From positions 62,001-126,000 of the forward strand of contig NIVC01001759.1 in assembly GCA_002269645.1 (NCBI GenBank): 64,000 bases of DNA, written 5' to 3'. A program made the position numbers and the translations under genes. Numbering within the stretch: position 1 is the stretch's first letter; every line of letters starts with the position of its first letter. The notes below the pieces were generated by a model. That model saw only the letters and a program-made list of their open reading frames with translations, did not search any database and had not been told where the DNA came from. This stretch comes from Macrostomum lignano. Lineage: Eukaryota. Below are positions 22,179-43,159 of this stretch, piece by piece.

Positions 22179-22879
22179 GTGTCACAAGCTGACAATAATA
22201 ATGTCACAATAGCTATGTTCATGAGCGGCTACATGAGTACATCATGTAATGATAGATGTATATAAATGTACACAGTATTAGGCATAGGTCCAATACTCTG
22301 ATATTATAGTATCGATGATTATCATTTGGGTATCAAAGTATTCCTTTAGGTTGATACATTTTATAGAAGTATACAATACCCAATACTGCATATACTTGAC
22401 TTTAAAGCTACTAATGGTATTAAAATTGGGTCAATACATATATGTAACTGCATATGTAGTTTAAAGTGACTAACAAAGTTTATCAATGGCCTGTAGCTAA
22501 TACTCAGTAACATCGAAATTCCCACTGCCATCACAGGAGATATCAAATCAATTGACTAGTGTACATGTACAAATTAGAGATCAAAATTGTAAACCAATCA
22601 GGTGGTCACAAAATTTAGCCCTATTTGACAGTAATATAAATTGAACCTAAGAAAACAGATAATATTGGACCAAAACTAGTATATTTAACAATTCATCAGG
22701 ACAAAGGACAATTAATTTATTTTAATGCTTAGATAAAAGCAAATATATATTACGTTGATCATCATACATGTAGCTACAGATAGCTAGTTACAGATGGCTA
22801 TATGTAGCTAATACTTAGCAACATTGAAAAGTCACCATCATGGAAGATCCCATCTATTGGTCTATGGTCGCCACTTTTG

Positions 22880-24600
22880 AGAGTGCAGGTAATCTTTCAA
22901 TCTTTGCAAGTGACACAACTTAGACTTGAGTTTCGAGGAATAAAATGGGGGAGTGGCATACAAGGGTTGGACGGATTAAAATTACCCTCAACAACCAATC
23001 AATTTTTGTTTGCAGCTGCAGAGTCTTGCTTTGTTGCTGGCCACGCATATGCTGCGATCTTATTACTCCATAGAATGATTCAGCAAGGGCCTTGCTTCCA
23101 CCAGTGTTTACTGCTATATTTAATAATGTACAGAGCTCTATTCCAGCTTTTTCATAAACTTCAGGTTCCATGTAGAAAGGTTGCATTAGCTTCTGTTCAT
23201 TGAGCAGACAGCTCTTAAAGTCTCTAGCATCTGTTGACACATTGAAAAGTGGTTGCACAGAATCAAACTGATCTTGAATTTCTATAGAATGAAAAACATG
23301 TCCTCTTACTGGCTTGTAGTTTTTGTCTGATTTGAAGCATAGGCATGATATGCCAAGAGAGGCTAGTTCTCCCCAAAAAGCTACTCAAATGTGCCCTGAA
23401 ATTTACACAAGTCTGATAAATAATAAGGATATATTGCATAGTACACAGGATAATGGAAATAATGGTATATGTAAATATCAATAATCACCTTTAACTTAAG
23501 ATAAGCAGCTCCATGAAGACCAGGTATGAGCTGAGATATTTCTGAATCACTTGCCTGAGCAGTGTTTTTAATTTGCGGTAGTGATACAACTTAGTTAAAG
23601 AATTGCATGAATTCCTGTTTACCAATGACCATAAATATTTTAAAATCAAAGCAGGTTTGAATATTTTTTGCAACTCCAGTATTTTCACATACTATACATC
23701 TGCCAGACAGATTCTAAAGAAGTTTTTCAAAGTCCATAGATTCTGCTAAAATCTTTGAGCATTGAGAAAGTTAAAGTCAAGAAGTAATGCTCTCTAGCAA
23801 AGCTATGGCAAACAGTTCAGATTCTTCTATAGCTCTCTCTATAGTTCTTTCTTCCCAAGTGTGTGTCTGCAGATTTTTAGGTCTGCCATGCATGCTTGCT
23901 CCTTGCTGATTAGTAGAGCTAGAAATATGATGCTAGCCTTCATATAGACGAGTGCCCTTAAACCAAAGTTGTTTGTCAGCCAGGTGTTTTTGCAACAAGG
24001 ACTTCTGTCTGGCTTCCATGCAGCAAATTAGGCATTTACCCCATGTTGCAGCCTTCCAGTGATAAAACTGGAAGTTAAAGCTCCATGAGCTATACAAAAG
24101 GCTTAAAGGTGTCCAAAAGAGAGCATAGGTCAGTTAAAAAGTCATTTCCTAGAACTAGGTACTGAAGTGGAAAATCATTATCTTCATGAAATTGTTGAAA
24201 TGTTGCTGCATATAGGGGAAAAGAGTTCTCAATTTTTATCCACTGTCTGATAGCTAAGCTAGTAAATCTTTGTGACATATGGCAGTGCTACAGACATTGA
24301 AACCCCCATCTCATTGGCAACCTCAAACATAATAGCATGTCCTTTCCCTTGCAACATTAAAGTATTAAATTCATTTGCCCAGGAAACAAAGAGCTTAAAA
24401 AATTCTTTGCTGCATCACCAAACTTTCCGACACAAATGTCAGTCTGTCCTCATCACTCACAAAGTATCCAAATATAATATAGATATATATTCAAAGTCTG
24501 CTAAGGTCTTAAAGCTTATATGCTATGTATATTTTATTGTCTTACAATTACACTTGGCATCCATTGTGTGGGGCTGGTATATATCTGCTTTATAAATTAG
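22880..24600 (-). pseudogene. Highly decayed DNA-transposase-like relic (hAT-like)
   Basis: Fragmented minus-strand frames (…RFTSLAIRQW…DLCSLLD…; …LNIAVNTGGSKALAESFYGVIRSQ…LQLQTKIDW). The last resembles the hAT C-terminal dimerisation segment (S.A..E..FS....RL). Many stops; family assignment is tentative. Confidence 0.4.
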
Positions 24601-26770
24601 GTAATCTGTTAATAACTTATGCCCTTATTATTTTCTATATAGCTACTTATGTGCCATTTGTAAAACTAGAAAATGTTTAACTTTGAAAGTTACTATTTTT
24701 TTTTAAATTTTCACAAATGTCTATATCCATTAGTGTATAATATAAGCAAATAGTCAGATAACCAATTGGTCAATAGTGTTGATAGATTAGATATTAACAA
24801 ATTTGGCAGCACCCTATTAATGGCCATGTACACGTAGAACATTCTCATATAAACATACCTGTTGCATGAATAAAATACCAATTCTCAGGTATATCTATCA
24901 GGTGAGTTATATGTAGAATAATATCAAATCTCAATTAACAAATCAAAAAAATAACATAAAGATATATACATAGATAGTAAGACTTGGAAAATAAGTATAG
25001 TAGAAAAATGTAACAAAAATTAACAAGACTTAAAATTTATAAATATAAAAAAGCAGGATATTTCAAAGAGTGATACAACAATGGTAAAGCATTATTTATA
25101 AATATTTATCCTAACTTAAAAAAAATAAATAAAACTTTTAAATGATATATACTAAATGTTCTATGCACATTGGCACTAAAATAACTTGTTACTAAAATAG
25201 ATGTCACTAAAGTGACTATTATCAAACTATTACCAAAGAAGCTAGTTTGCCTAATAATTGTTTATTTATAAAATATTTTCTAATGTGGCAATAGGGTTTT
25301 TTATAAATGGTAAAAAATTCTGTTTACCATAGGTCCTAACCATAATTTCTAATATAGCCTATGTCTATTATAACTAGTCTATAAATGAATTTAGTTTTAA
25401 ATTTGTACACATATTACTTGTAATTAAGGCTAGGTTTAAATATAATTTAGGTTGCTTATAGCCATCAAGTTATTTTGGTAACTGACATTAACATTTATTT
25501 ATATAGTTATAGTTAGTTGTCTTAGGATAGGTTTGATAGGCCTTTAGTATCCCATTGCTACAACCAGTATTGTACTTGTGCTTCTCTCTCAGGCTGCATT
25601 AGCATAGTTTGTGTAGGGCTCTCTATCCTTTTCTGATTAGAAGCCTAGCATAGGTAGTGCTGCTACTAGTTCCTTTAGGTCTCAGCCTTCAATGAGGTAA
25701 GCTTATTAGAACAAAAGAAATAAGTCAATGAACTTGGAACTTTATGCAGATTTGCACTTCAATGCACAAAGACATCTAGTCAGCAGATCCTGCTAGGCTA
25801 ATAGATGGTTTGGGAGACAGTGTCAGTTAGTCTCTTGTAGGCTTTGTAATCTTAGTTTAGTCAGGCCAATTACAGGTAGCTTAATTATACACAAGAGATG
25901 GGAAACTACAATAGAAACTTAGAAATATAACTGAAAGCTGGGAAAACAGACTTATTGGTAGAAAAAAAGGTGAGAGAGATCCATATTCATAGACTAGGAA
26001 TCCCCTAGTGCACCATTGTGTATAAGATTATGTGACTCAGTTCCATTTTTAGAACTGACTCAACTCTCACCTTAAAGAAGGCAAAGGTCTTTGAGCAATG
26101 TGTGCCAGACTGTGTGATCAATGTCAATTTTAAGTATATTAAAACATATTTTTTAAATGTGCAAGTATATTTATGTTAACATAATTTTTTTTACCAGTTT
26201 TCATTGTCTTGATTTAAAATGTAATATAATTTTATATTTCCTTGAATTCTTTGATTTTCAAGACTTTTATCCATAGTCAAATTTAAGTAATTTATAAACA
26301 TTGTATCTATAAACTTCTGTGACTTTTGTAGGTCATGTATTATTTATGTGCAACATTTGAAACTATATTGGCCATGCAATTGATTTTGACTTTTTGGCTT
26401 AATTTAGATTTTTTAGTTATTAATTTTGAAACTTATCATTGATCTACTGCAATTTACATTGGCTAGATTGGTTGGGTTAGACAGCAGTTGCTTGTGTATG
26501 TCGGGTTAGATAGACTTAGTGGTATTAAAGGTAAGGTAGAGAGAGAGATGTTAATATTTTATTTGGTTTTGAACTTTTTATAATAATTGTAGCTGTCATC
26601 CTAGTTTTCAATTTGACATCCTGGCATTTGACCTAGAATGCCAAATGGCACTGATTTAATGCTTAAATAACTCAGTTTTTCATTTTATATGCCTGCATTG
26701 GGTTGATATGTTTGCCAACTGAAGCATAGGCATGCTTGGGCCTAACCTTGGGATCCACCTGGCGATTTCT

Positions 26771-27361
26771 ATGGGAAACACACACATGTAAGTCGCTAGT
26801 GGACAGAATAGTAGTCACTGCACGTTACTGCACTCAGCCAATAGCGATTTACATGTGTGTTTTGCCAATAGAAATGCCGGGTGATTCCCAAAGTTGCGCA
26901 TGTATGATAGGCCATAGGGTTTGAAGCTAAGGCATATAAGTTCGACAAAGCTGTTCGATAGTCCGTCTTTGTGATTAACAAATATAAAAAATCATTAAGT
27001 ATTTGTTTAAAATTGTTATAAATATCAATGAAGCTTTGATTTTTACTAAAGTACACAAAAACTACTCACAATCAGGAATGTTGCAACCGCCTGCTCTGTG
27101 ATATCTAATGACGCCCTCACCTTGGACGAGTTCCACTGCTCCAGCCGGGTGGGCCGCCGGTTTGCCCTGTCCACCTCTGCCATAGCCGAAATTGTTGTTC
27201 AACCCGGCGCTGGCATCGGCCTTGTTAGCACTGGCAGCGGTCATGATCAGGCCCAGAGCAGCAGTCCACTGTTGTTCAAGGATGTCACTAGCCAGATGGC
27301 CCGGCTTAACAGCTGCAGCAGCGGTGGTGGCAGCGGCAACAGCTGTGTTGGTGGCAAATAA
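26771..27361 (+). CDS. cAMP-dependent protein kinase inhibitor (PKI)-like small protein, ~95-113 aa; join(26771-26787,27076-27361); alternative in-frame starts at 26732 or at a split AT|G (26786)
   Basis: GC-rich coding-like island in AT-rich DNA. FHCSSRVGRRFAL (27131-27169) has the same spacing as the PKI-alpha pseudosubstrate FIASGRTGRRNAI, and a downstream V-x3-M-x2-L segment resembles a nuclear export signal. An in-frame TAA lies upstream of the acceptor (cacaatcag|g, 27075), so splicing is required. The donor cac at|gtaagt (26788) is phase-compatible. Confidence 0.75.
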
Positions 27362-27649
27362 TATGGAAAAAAACATTCTATAATGTTATAAAAAATTACT
27401 TTTGTTTGGTTTAAATTGGCTAGAAGAGTTTTGCGTGACACCATTTTCAGGGTAGTACAGCGGTAACGAGCCCATCTAGCTCTTACACTAAAGTGTCTCA
27501 TTTATGGTTCGTTATCACGTTTGACATCATTAATTTAAACCCACGACTTGTGCTTTTGGATCGGGAGTGGGGCGCAGGGCCCAAACTAAATTCTATTTAT
27601 CAAGATTAATTGAGGGGCTAGTGTGGGTGCTGATAATAAATTAGGGGTG

Positions 27650-28165
27650 GGGTGTGCGAGTGAGGAAAAGGGTCAGATTGAAGAGCCAATCAGAAGGCTG
27701 ATAGGGAAGGGAGAGAGAAGAATAACGAGACTGAACTAGACAGAGAGGGAAAGAAAACAGTGTAAACAGAGACGAGGGGTGGAGCGCGCGACTGGGGAAA
27801 GAGGTCAGATTGAAGAGCCAATCAGAAGGCCTGTAGGGAAGGGGGAGAGATAAGAATAACAAGACTGAACTAGACAGAGAGGGAACGAAAACAGTGTAAA
27901 CAGAGACGAGGGGTGGAGCGCGCGACTGGGGAAAGAGGTCAGATTGAAGAGCCAATCAAAAGGCCTGTAGGGAAGGGGGAGAGATAAGAATAACAAGACT
28001 GAACTAGACAGAGAGGGAGAGAAAACAGTGTAAACAGAAGAGAGGGGGCTGGGGTGCGCGACTGAGGAAAGAGGTCAAATTGAAGAGCCAATCAGAAGGC
28101 TGATAGGGAAGGGGGAGAGATAAGAATAAAAACAAGACTGAACTAGACAGAGAGATAAAACAGAG
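27650..28165. repeat. ~134-bp tandem repeat, 4 copies, each with a CCAAT box
   Basis: gagccaatca at spacings of 132, 134 and 136 nt (CCAAT at 27686, 27818, 27952, 28088). Confidence 0.93.
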
Positions 28166-29029
28166 AAGAGGGCAGATGAACTGAAGAAATCACTAAGACG
28201 GTGCTATTCTCGCCCATGTAGGCCAACCATCCAAGACCAGTAGTCTGACGTTGAGAAAGTCTGCCGTTGTACACCCTGTGCGAGTCTGCTTGCTCTGGGG
28301 TCACTGGAAGTGGGTAGGACTGCTTGCCCCCAGTGAACCGGCTTGAACACTGTCTTATAATGTAGCATGGGTTTTAAATACTAATTAAATGACGAGGTAT
28401 TTGGGCATTTGAAAATGCTATATTTACTCCCGCCGTTTACCCGCAGCATTTGCGCAGTTTAAGTTTTTTATTGGTTATTTTCTCTGCGCAGTTGCGCCCT
28501 CAGGGGAGCTTCCGTGAAGTTTGATAATAAACCTAAAGGCTTGGCTTGGATAGTATAATTTCTAGGATTTATGGGTATGTAGCCAATTTAATGCAATTTC
28601 AAAAGCAATATTAACGACATATTATTTTCTATATATTCCGATTCTTTCCTAATTTATCTTAGCTATACGCAGACTTCCAATGAGTTGTTGTTTGTGCAAT
28701 CATATTTACTGTGTTGTGAATAGTTTATTTTAATATTTTTATTCTTCTGACTACCGACCGATGCACAGATTTTTTAGTCTGCTTCTATCACCAGATAATT
28801 AATTGATTTATTAACGCTTTAAACTTGTATTGAAGCCTTTTTATGTGCTTAGATTGACATCTTATGAGTATAGATGTGTCCGATTCAAAAACTTAAATAA
28901 TTAATTATTGTTCACATTTTCCTGTTTTTACTACAGCTGAAATCGACTGTTCCGACTTGTTATTTACGACTACTATGTGGTATTGGGTAACATAAGGCTT
29001 TGTATAACTACCATTATAACTGCTCTACT

Positions 29030-30745
29030 CTCTGTTCCTCTCACCGTAAAACCCTTATCTACCTCTCTCCGTCTCCCCCAAACCCCTTATCTACCTCTCT
29101 CTACCCCTCTCACCCAAACCCTGTATCTACATCTCTACCCCTCTCACCCAAACCCTGTATCTACATCTCTACTCCTCTCACCCTAAACCCCTTATCTGCC
29201 TCTCTCTACCCCTCTCACCCAAACCCTGTATCTATATCTCTACCCCTCTCACCCTAAACCCCTTATCTACCTCTCTCTACCCCTCTCACCCAAACCCTGT
29301 ATCTACATCTCTACTCCTCTCACCCCAAACCCCTTATCTACCTCTCTCTACCCCTCTCACCCAAACCCTGTATCTACATCTCTACCCCTCTCACCCAAAC
29401 CCTGTATCTACATCTCTACTCCTCTCACCCTAAACCCCTTATCTACCTCTCTCTACCCCTCTCACCCTAAACCCCTTATCTACCTCTCTCTACCCCTCTC
29501 ACCCAAACCCTGTATCTACATCTCTACTCCTCTCACCTAAATTCCTTATCTACCTCTCTCTACCCCTCTCACCCTAAACCCCTTATCTACCTCTCTCTAC
29601 CCCTCTCACCCTAAACCCCTTATCTACCTCTCTCTACCCCTCTCACCCAAACCCTGTATCTACATCTCTACCCCTCTCACCCAAACCCTGTATCTACATC
29701 TCTACTCCTCTCACCCTAAACCCCTTATCTACCTCTCTCTACCCCTCTCACCCTAAACCCCTTATCTACCTCTCTCTACCCCTCTCACCCTAAACCCCTT
29801 ATCTACCTCTCTCTACTCCTCTCACCCAAACCCTGTATCTACATCTCTACTCCTCTCACCCTAAACCCCTTATCTACCTCTCTCTACCCCTCTCACCCTA
29901 AACCCCTTATCTACCTCTCTCTACCCCTCTCACCCTAAACCCCTTATCTACCTCTCTCTACCCCTCTCACCCTAAACCCCTTATCTACTTCTCTCTACCC
30001 CTCTCACCCTAAACCCCTTATCTACCTCTCTCTACTCCTCTCACCCAAACCCTGTATCTACATCTCTACTCCTCTCACCCTAAACCCCTTATCTACCTCT
30101 CTCTACCCCTCTCACCCTAAACCCCTTATCTACCTCTCTCTACCCCTCTCACCCTAAACCCCTTATCTACCTCTCTCTACCCCTCTCACCCTAAACCCCT
30201 TATCTACTTCTCTCTACCCCTCTCACCCTAAACCCCTTATCTACCTCTCTCTACTCCTCTCACCCAAACCCTGTATCTACATCTCTACTCCTCTCACCCT
30301 AAACCCCTTATCTACCTCTCTCTACCCCTCTCACCCTAAACCCCTTATCTACCTCTCTCTACCCCTCTCACCCTAAACCCCTTATCTACCTCTCTCTACC
30401 CCTCTCACCCAAACCCTGTATCTAAATCTCTACCCCTCTCACCCAAACCCTTTATCTACATCTCTACTCCTCTCACCTAAATTCCTTATCTACCTCTCTC
30501 TACCCCTCTCACCCTAAACCCCTTATCTACATCTTTACCCCTCTTACCTTAAACGCCTTATCTACATCTCTACCCCTCTCACCATAAACCCCTTATCTAT
30601 ATCTTTACCCCTCTTACCTTAAACGCCTTATCTACATCTCCGCCGCTCTCACCCAAACCCTTTTAATTACATCTAGTAATTTACATCTACCTCTCTCACC
30701 CTAAACCCCTTATCTACATCTGTCTCCCTCTCACCCTTGATCTCA
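29030..30745. repeat. 34/37-bp C-rich minisatellite directly upstream of the TBC1D10 ATG
   Basis: accctaaaccccttatctacctctctctacccctctc and acccaaaccctgtatctacatctctactcctctc. Confidence 0.96.
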
Positions 30746-30820
30746 AACAGTGTATTCTAGGCCCCCCCATCTCCCGCTAGAATCGGCAGCACTATATTTG
30801 ACAGAGAAGTCCGCCCCGCC

Positions 30821-38484
<7,664 letters not shown>

Positions 38485-38724
38485 GCCAAGGATATTGTGA
38501 GCATGAGTTCTTCTGAAACTAATCGCTATTAGATTTGGAAATAGCTTTGAGGAATCTCTTGATCAATGGGATGATTTTTATGCGTGCGTGGATGTACACA
38601 GGACAGGTCGCTGGGTAGATTCGAAATCCGTGGATTTGATTTTTATATTGAAGTAATTGAACCCATGTTTGGCATGCAACAATGACCCCAATTTACTTAT
38701 AGAGATTATCCGAATAATAACCAC

Positions 38725-39660
38725 AATTCCCCCATATTTATGACACGAATTCCCCGATAGTAATGACCCCAATTTCCCGCTATTAATGACCCGAATTCCC
38801 CGATAGTAATGACCCCAATTTCCCGCTATTAATGACCCGAATTCCCCGATAGTAATGACCCCAATTTCCCGCTATTAATGACCCGAATTCCCCGATAGTA
38901 ATGACCCCAATTTCCCGCTATTAATGACCCCGATAGTAATGACCCCAATTCCCCGATAGTAATGACCCGAATTCCCGATGCTAATGACCCCAATTCCCCG
39001 ATAGTAATGACTCCAATTCCCCGCTAGTAATGACCCGAATTCCCCGATGGTAATGACCCGAATTCCCGATGCTAATGACCCCAATTCCCGATAGTAATGA
39101 CTCCAATTCCCCGCTAGTAATGACCCGAATTCCCCGATGGTAATGACCCGAATTCCCCGATGTTAATGACCCGAATTCCCGATGCTAATGACCCGAATTC
39201 CCCGATAGTAATGACCCCAATTCCCCGATGGTAATGACCCGAATTCCCCGATGGTAATGACCCGAATTCCCCGATGTTAATGACCCGAATTCCCGATGCT
39301 AATGACCCGAATTCCCCGATAGTAATGACCCGAATTCCCCGATGGTAATGACCCGAATTCCCGATGGTAATGACCCGAATTCCCCGATAGTAATGACCCT
39401 AATTCCCCGATGGTAATGACCCGAATTCCCCGATGTTAATGACCCGAATTCCCGATGCTAATGACCCGAATTCCCCGATAGTAATGACCCCAATTCCCCG
39501 ATGGTAATGACCCGAATTCCCCGATGGTAATGACCCGAATTCCCCGATGTTAATGACCCGAATTCCCGATGCTAATGACCCGAATTCCCCGATAGTAATG
39601 ACCCGATTTCCCCGATGGTAATGACCCGAATTCCCGATGCTAATGACCCCAATTTCCCCT
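38725..39660. repeat. 22-23-bp minisatellite (gtaatgacccgaattccccgat[a/g])
   Basis: Direct reading; lies downstream of the TBC1D10 stop. Confidence 0.95.
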
Positions 39661-40169
39661 AAATATCAGTTAAAGTTTTCAAATTTTTGAAAATTACACT
39701 AAGTACTGTCAATGCTACTTACCATAAGTACTTGTATAAGTAAATATATGACGATTTCCCTTTGCTTTGATATGCCCGCTGTTATTCGCTTATAAAATCA
39801 AGCCAAACAATTGGTCGTCAGCTCTTGTCTTAGCCATGTCATTTTCGGCGTAAAACTGTTCTGATTGAAAATTTGCGTTTGACATGTTGAAAATTTCATG
39901 GATTTTTTTATCAACTAACAGTCCACATTGACCTTCAGTTGTATCTTTTACATGTAACTTTTTGGCCTTGCCTACGTGTATAATATTCTTGTATTAGTTT
40001 TTCAACGCAGTTTTCAATAATATTCGCGCATCGCACTCGTGACTGGGTCTTGATTTTTGTTTTAACGGTATGCTCATATTCATATATTGAATATACGCTT
40101 TGCAATATTCTACAGCATGATCTGGTTGAGTTCTCTGTATTTATGGCACTTAATGTGTACATATTGGTT

Positions 40170-40194
40170 GTTTGTCTGTCTGTCTGTCTGTCTT

Positions 40195-40249
<55 letters not shown>

Positions 40250-40739
40250 TAGTGTTTGTCTGTCTGTCTGTCTTTCTGTTTGTCTGCCTGTCTGTTTTAG
40301 TGTCTTAGTGTCTGTCTGTCATAGTGTCTGTCTGTCTTAGTGTCTGTCTGTCATAGTGTCTGTCTGTCTTAGTGTCTTAGTGTCTGTCTGTCATAGTGTC
40401 TGTCTGTCATAGTGTCTGTCTGTCATAGTGTCTGTCTGTCATAGTGTCTGTCTGTCTTAGTGTCTTAGTGTCTGTCTGTCTTAGTGTCTTAGTGTCTTAG
40501 TGTCTGTCTGTCTTAGTATCTGTCTGTCTTAGTGTCTTAGTGTCTGTCTGTCTTAGTGTCTTAGTGTCTGTCTGTCATAGTGTCTGTCTGTCTTAGTGTC
40601 TGTCTGTCTTAGTGTCTTAGTGTCTGTCTGTCTTAGTGTCTTAGTGTCTGTCTGTCTTAGTGTCTTAGTGTCTGTCTGTCTTAGTGTCTGTCTGTCTCTC
40701 TGTCTCTCTGTCTGTCTGTCTGTCTCTGTCTTAAGTCTT

Positions 40740-40789
<50 letters not shown>

Positions 40790-40790
40790 C
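40170..40790. repeat. (CTGT)n / tagtgtctgtctgtct compound microsatellite
   Basis: Direct reading. Confidence 0.95.
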
Positions 40791-41424
40791 CTCGCCAATA
40801 GCTACCCTGTGTTCGCGCAATGCCAGCTAAACGCACCCGGCCTCACACAATCTATGATCCTGCAGTGCATGCCAGGATTTAGTCATTTGTACTTTTCACC
40901 CGCTCATTCTTCTCATAAGCCGCATCGCAGTTCATTCACTTTATTAGTCTGTCGGATTTTATTGATTGGACCGCTTCGATTTTTGTCAGTAAATTCTGTT
41001 ATACATAGAAATGAAAATCAAGTTTTCTGTAATCTAGCTGGCAAAATGTTGTACAATGCCTAGAAATTAGAATTTTAAGGGTCCTTCCTGCTGCTTATTG
41101 TGATTTCAATTTTTACATGCTGGTTTCTATTTTAGCCGAGCCGCCGAGTTAGTTCTCGTATTTTAACTTTTGCTAATATGCTTGTGCTAATTTTCTTATT
41201 ATACTACTTGGGCTGTTCTTAGTTTAAGTAGTGCAAAATGCAGTTTGTTCCCGCGATTATATGAAATCTTGTCAGCGGATACCACTGGCTATAATAGTTA
41301 TAATCAACAGTTTCCGATCTTCCGAGTTTTTTTGCATCTTTGTGCATTCTAGTTGGGGTCGGCATGCTTTGGTAACCTCGGGATGAACAATCTAGAGCAT
41401 GGCTGCTGGTCAGATGAGAGGAGG

Positions 41425-41920
41425 AAATGAGAGAGGGAGAGATGAGATTAGAGAATAGATGAGCTGTGAGATGAGAGAGGAGAGAAGAACTTAGAGAATA
41501 GATGAGCTGTGAGATGAGAGAGGAGAGAAGAGCTTAGAGAATAGATGAGCTGTGAGATGAGAGAGGAGAGAAGAGCTTAGAGAATAGATGAGCTGTGAGA
41601 TAAGAGAGGAGAGAAGAGCTTAGAGAATAGATGAGCTGTGAGATGAGAGAGGAGAGAAGAGCTTAGAGAATAGATGAGCTGTGAGAGAGGAGTAATGTGG
41701 ATATTAGAGAATATATAAGTTGGAAGATGAGACAGGGAGAGATGAGATTAGAGAATAGATGAGTTCAGAGATGAGAGAGGGGAGATCAGATTAGAGAATA
41801 GATAAGCAGTGAGATGAGAGGATGAGAGGGGTGAAAAGGGTAAGAGAAGATGAGAGGAGAGAGGAGCTGCAAGGATAGATAAGTTGATAAAAGGTGAGAA
41901 GAGAGCCGAGAAGAGACACA
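41425..41920. repeat. 43-bp GA-rich minisatellite
   Basis: agagaatagatgagctgtgagatgagagaggagagaagagctt, ~5 good copies plus degenerate flanks. Confidence 0.92.
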
Positions 41921-43159
41921 AGCCTTAATCTGGCCGGATCGCTATTTGTGAAGTTTCAAAGGACCCGAGGACCGCAGTTTTGCCGACCTTATTATTGCTT
42001 TATTGCCTGTGTCAGCCCAGCCTAGCAATCAGTCTGCTTTTTCCCCCGAATCATAACATGCACACACACGGTAAACCTGTTAGCGCGATATGTTATATTT
42101 GTTACTGTATAATCAGTGCTATAGTCATGTAAATATGTGTTATTACCTATTGGCTAAATACTTATTATTATAAGTATTGTATATTACTGACAGTTCAGTT
42201 TGCTTTCTTAATGTCTGTATCAAATCGCAAATTGATTTTTTATACTGCAGGTTTTTTGGATTTTTTCTACCCAAAAATACGACTTTAGAATGAATCGACC
42301 CTACCGATATGTTTAGATAATATTTAAAAAACAACAATTAGCGTGGCCTATTAAAACAAAAATGATCGGGTTAAATAAATAAGAAATATAATTGTCTCCA
42401 TTGTTTGCTATCTGATATGCTTTATAATGGTGAATTATAAAATAAGCAATGACAACTTGGGAAGTTAATTAATTATCAATATTTCTATCCAATTAAGAGA
42501 CTCTCCACCTGCTAGCTAACTGGCTGCTCAGAATAAAAAAATAATAAATGACTTTTTGACAGGCGGCGCCTCATCATAAAGCTAAAATTATGCTTTTCTC
42601 TGTCCTGTCAGTCCGCAGCCATGGAGCCCTGATGGCCTGCCTTACAGGTGTGTGTGTGTGTGTGTGCAGGTGGGCATCCCCCTGTGCCTGAGGGGAGGGT
42701 GGCAGGTTTTGCACGCTCTAAGAGGTTCGCAGGCTGACACCCGAGAAATGAGAGAGCGGCGCGAACACTTGCTGGGCTGGCAACTGTACTGGATTGTGTG
42801 TTTCAATGCAACTGTATCTGCTGGCTTATAGCTTTTTAGCAATTCGCCCTCTGGGCAATTTCAGCTCCTATTCAACCTTTATTCTGGTCTTTGGGGGTTG
42901 AAAACTTCAAATAGATTAGGCCCAATTGTGTTGCGCTGTGTGTGTGACGCAATTTTTGTCTGCGGCGGTTTCAAGTTCAATCATGCGTTTGCCAGTCAAT
43001 GCCTCCCCTCCCCCTCCATTGCACAGTAATTTGCTTTGTTTCACTGCAAGCTAGTTCACCTGATATATACGGGACTGACTGACTCTGTCTTGCTGGTACC
43101 GGCTTGCTTTTTGTCTTCTGAGGCCTTTTTGGCTTTTTGTTTAAGCTTCTGTGGTGGAG

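Noticed and set aside
27062-27376. 104-aa minus-strand ORF (MFFSILFATNTAVAAA...)
   Set aside because: Antisense shadow of the PKI-like exon; the plus frame has the recognisable motif and splice signals.
29030-30745. Interstitial telomere (CCCTAAA)
   Set aside because: The heptamer occurs once per 37-bp unit and never in tandem.
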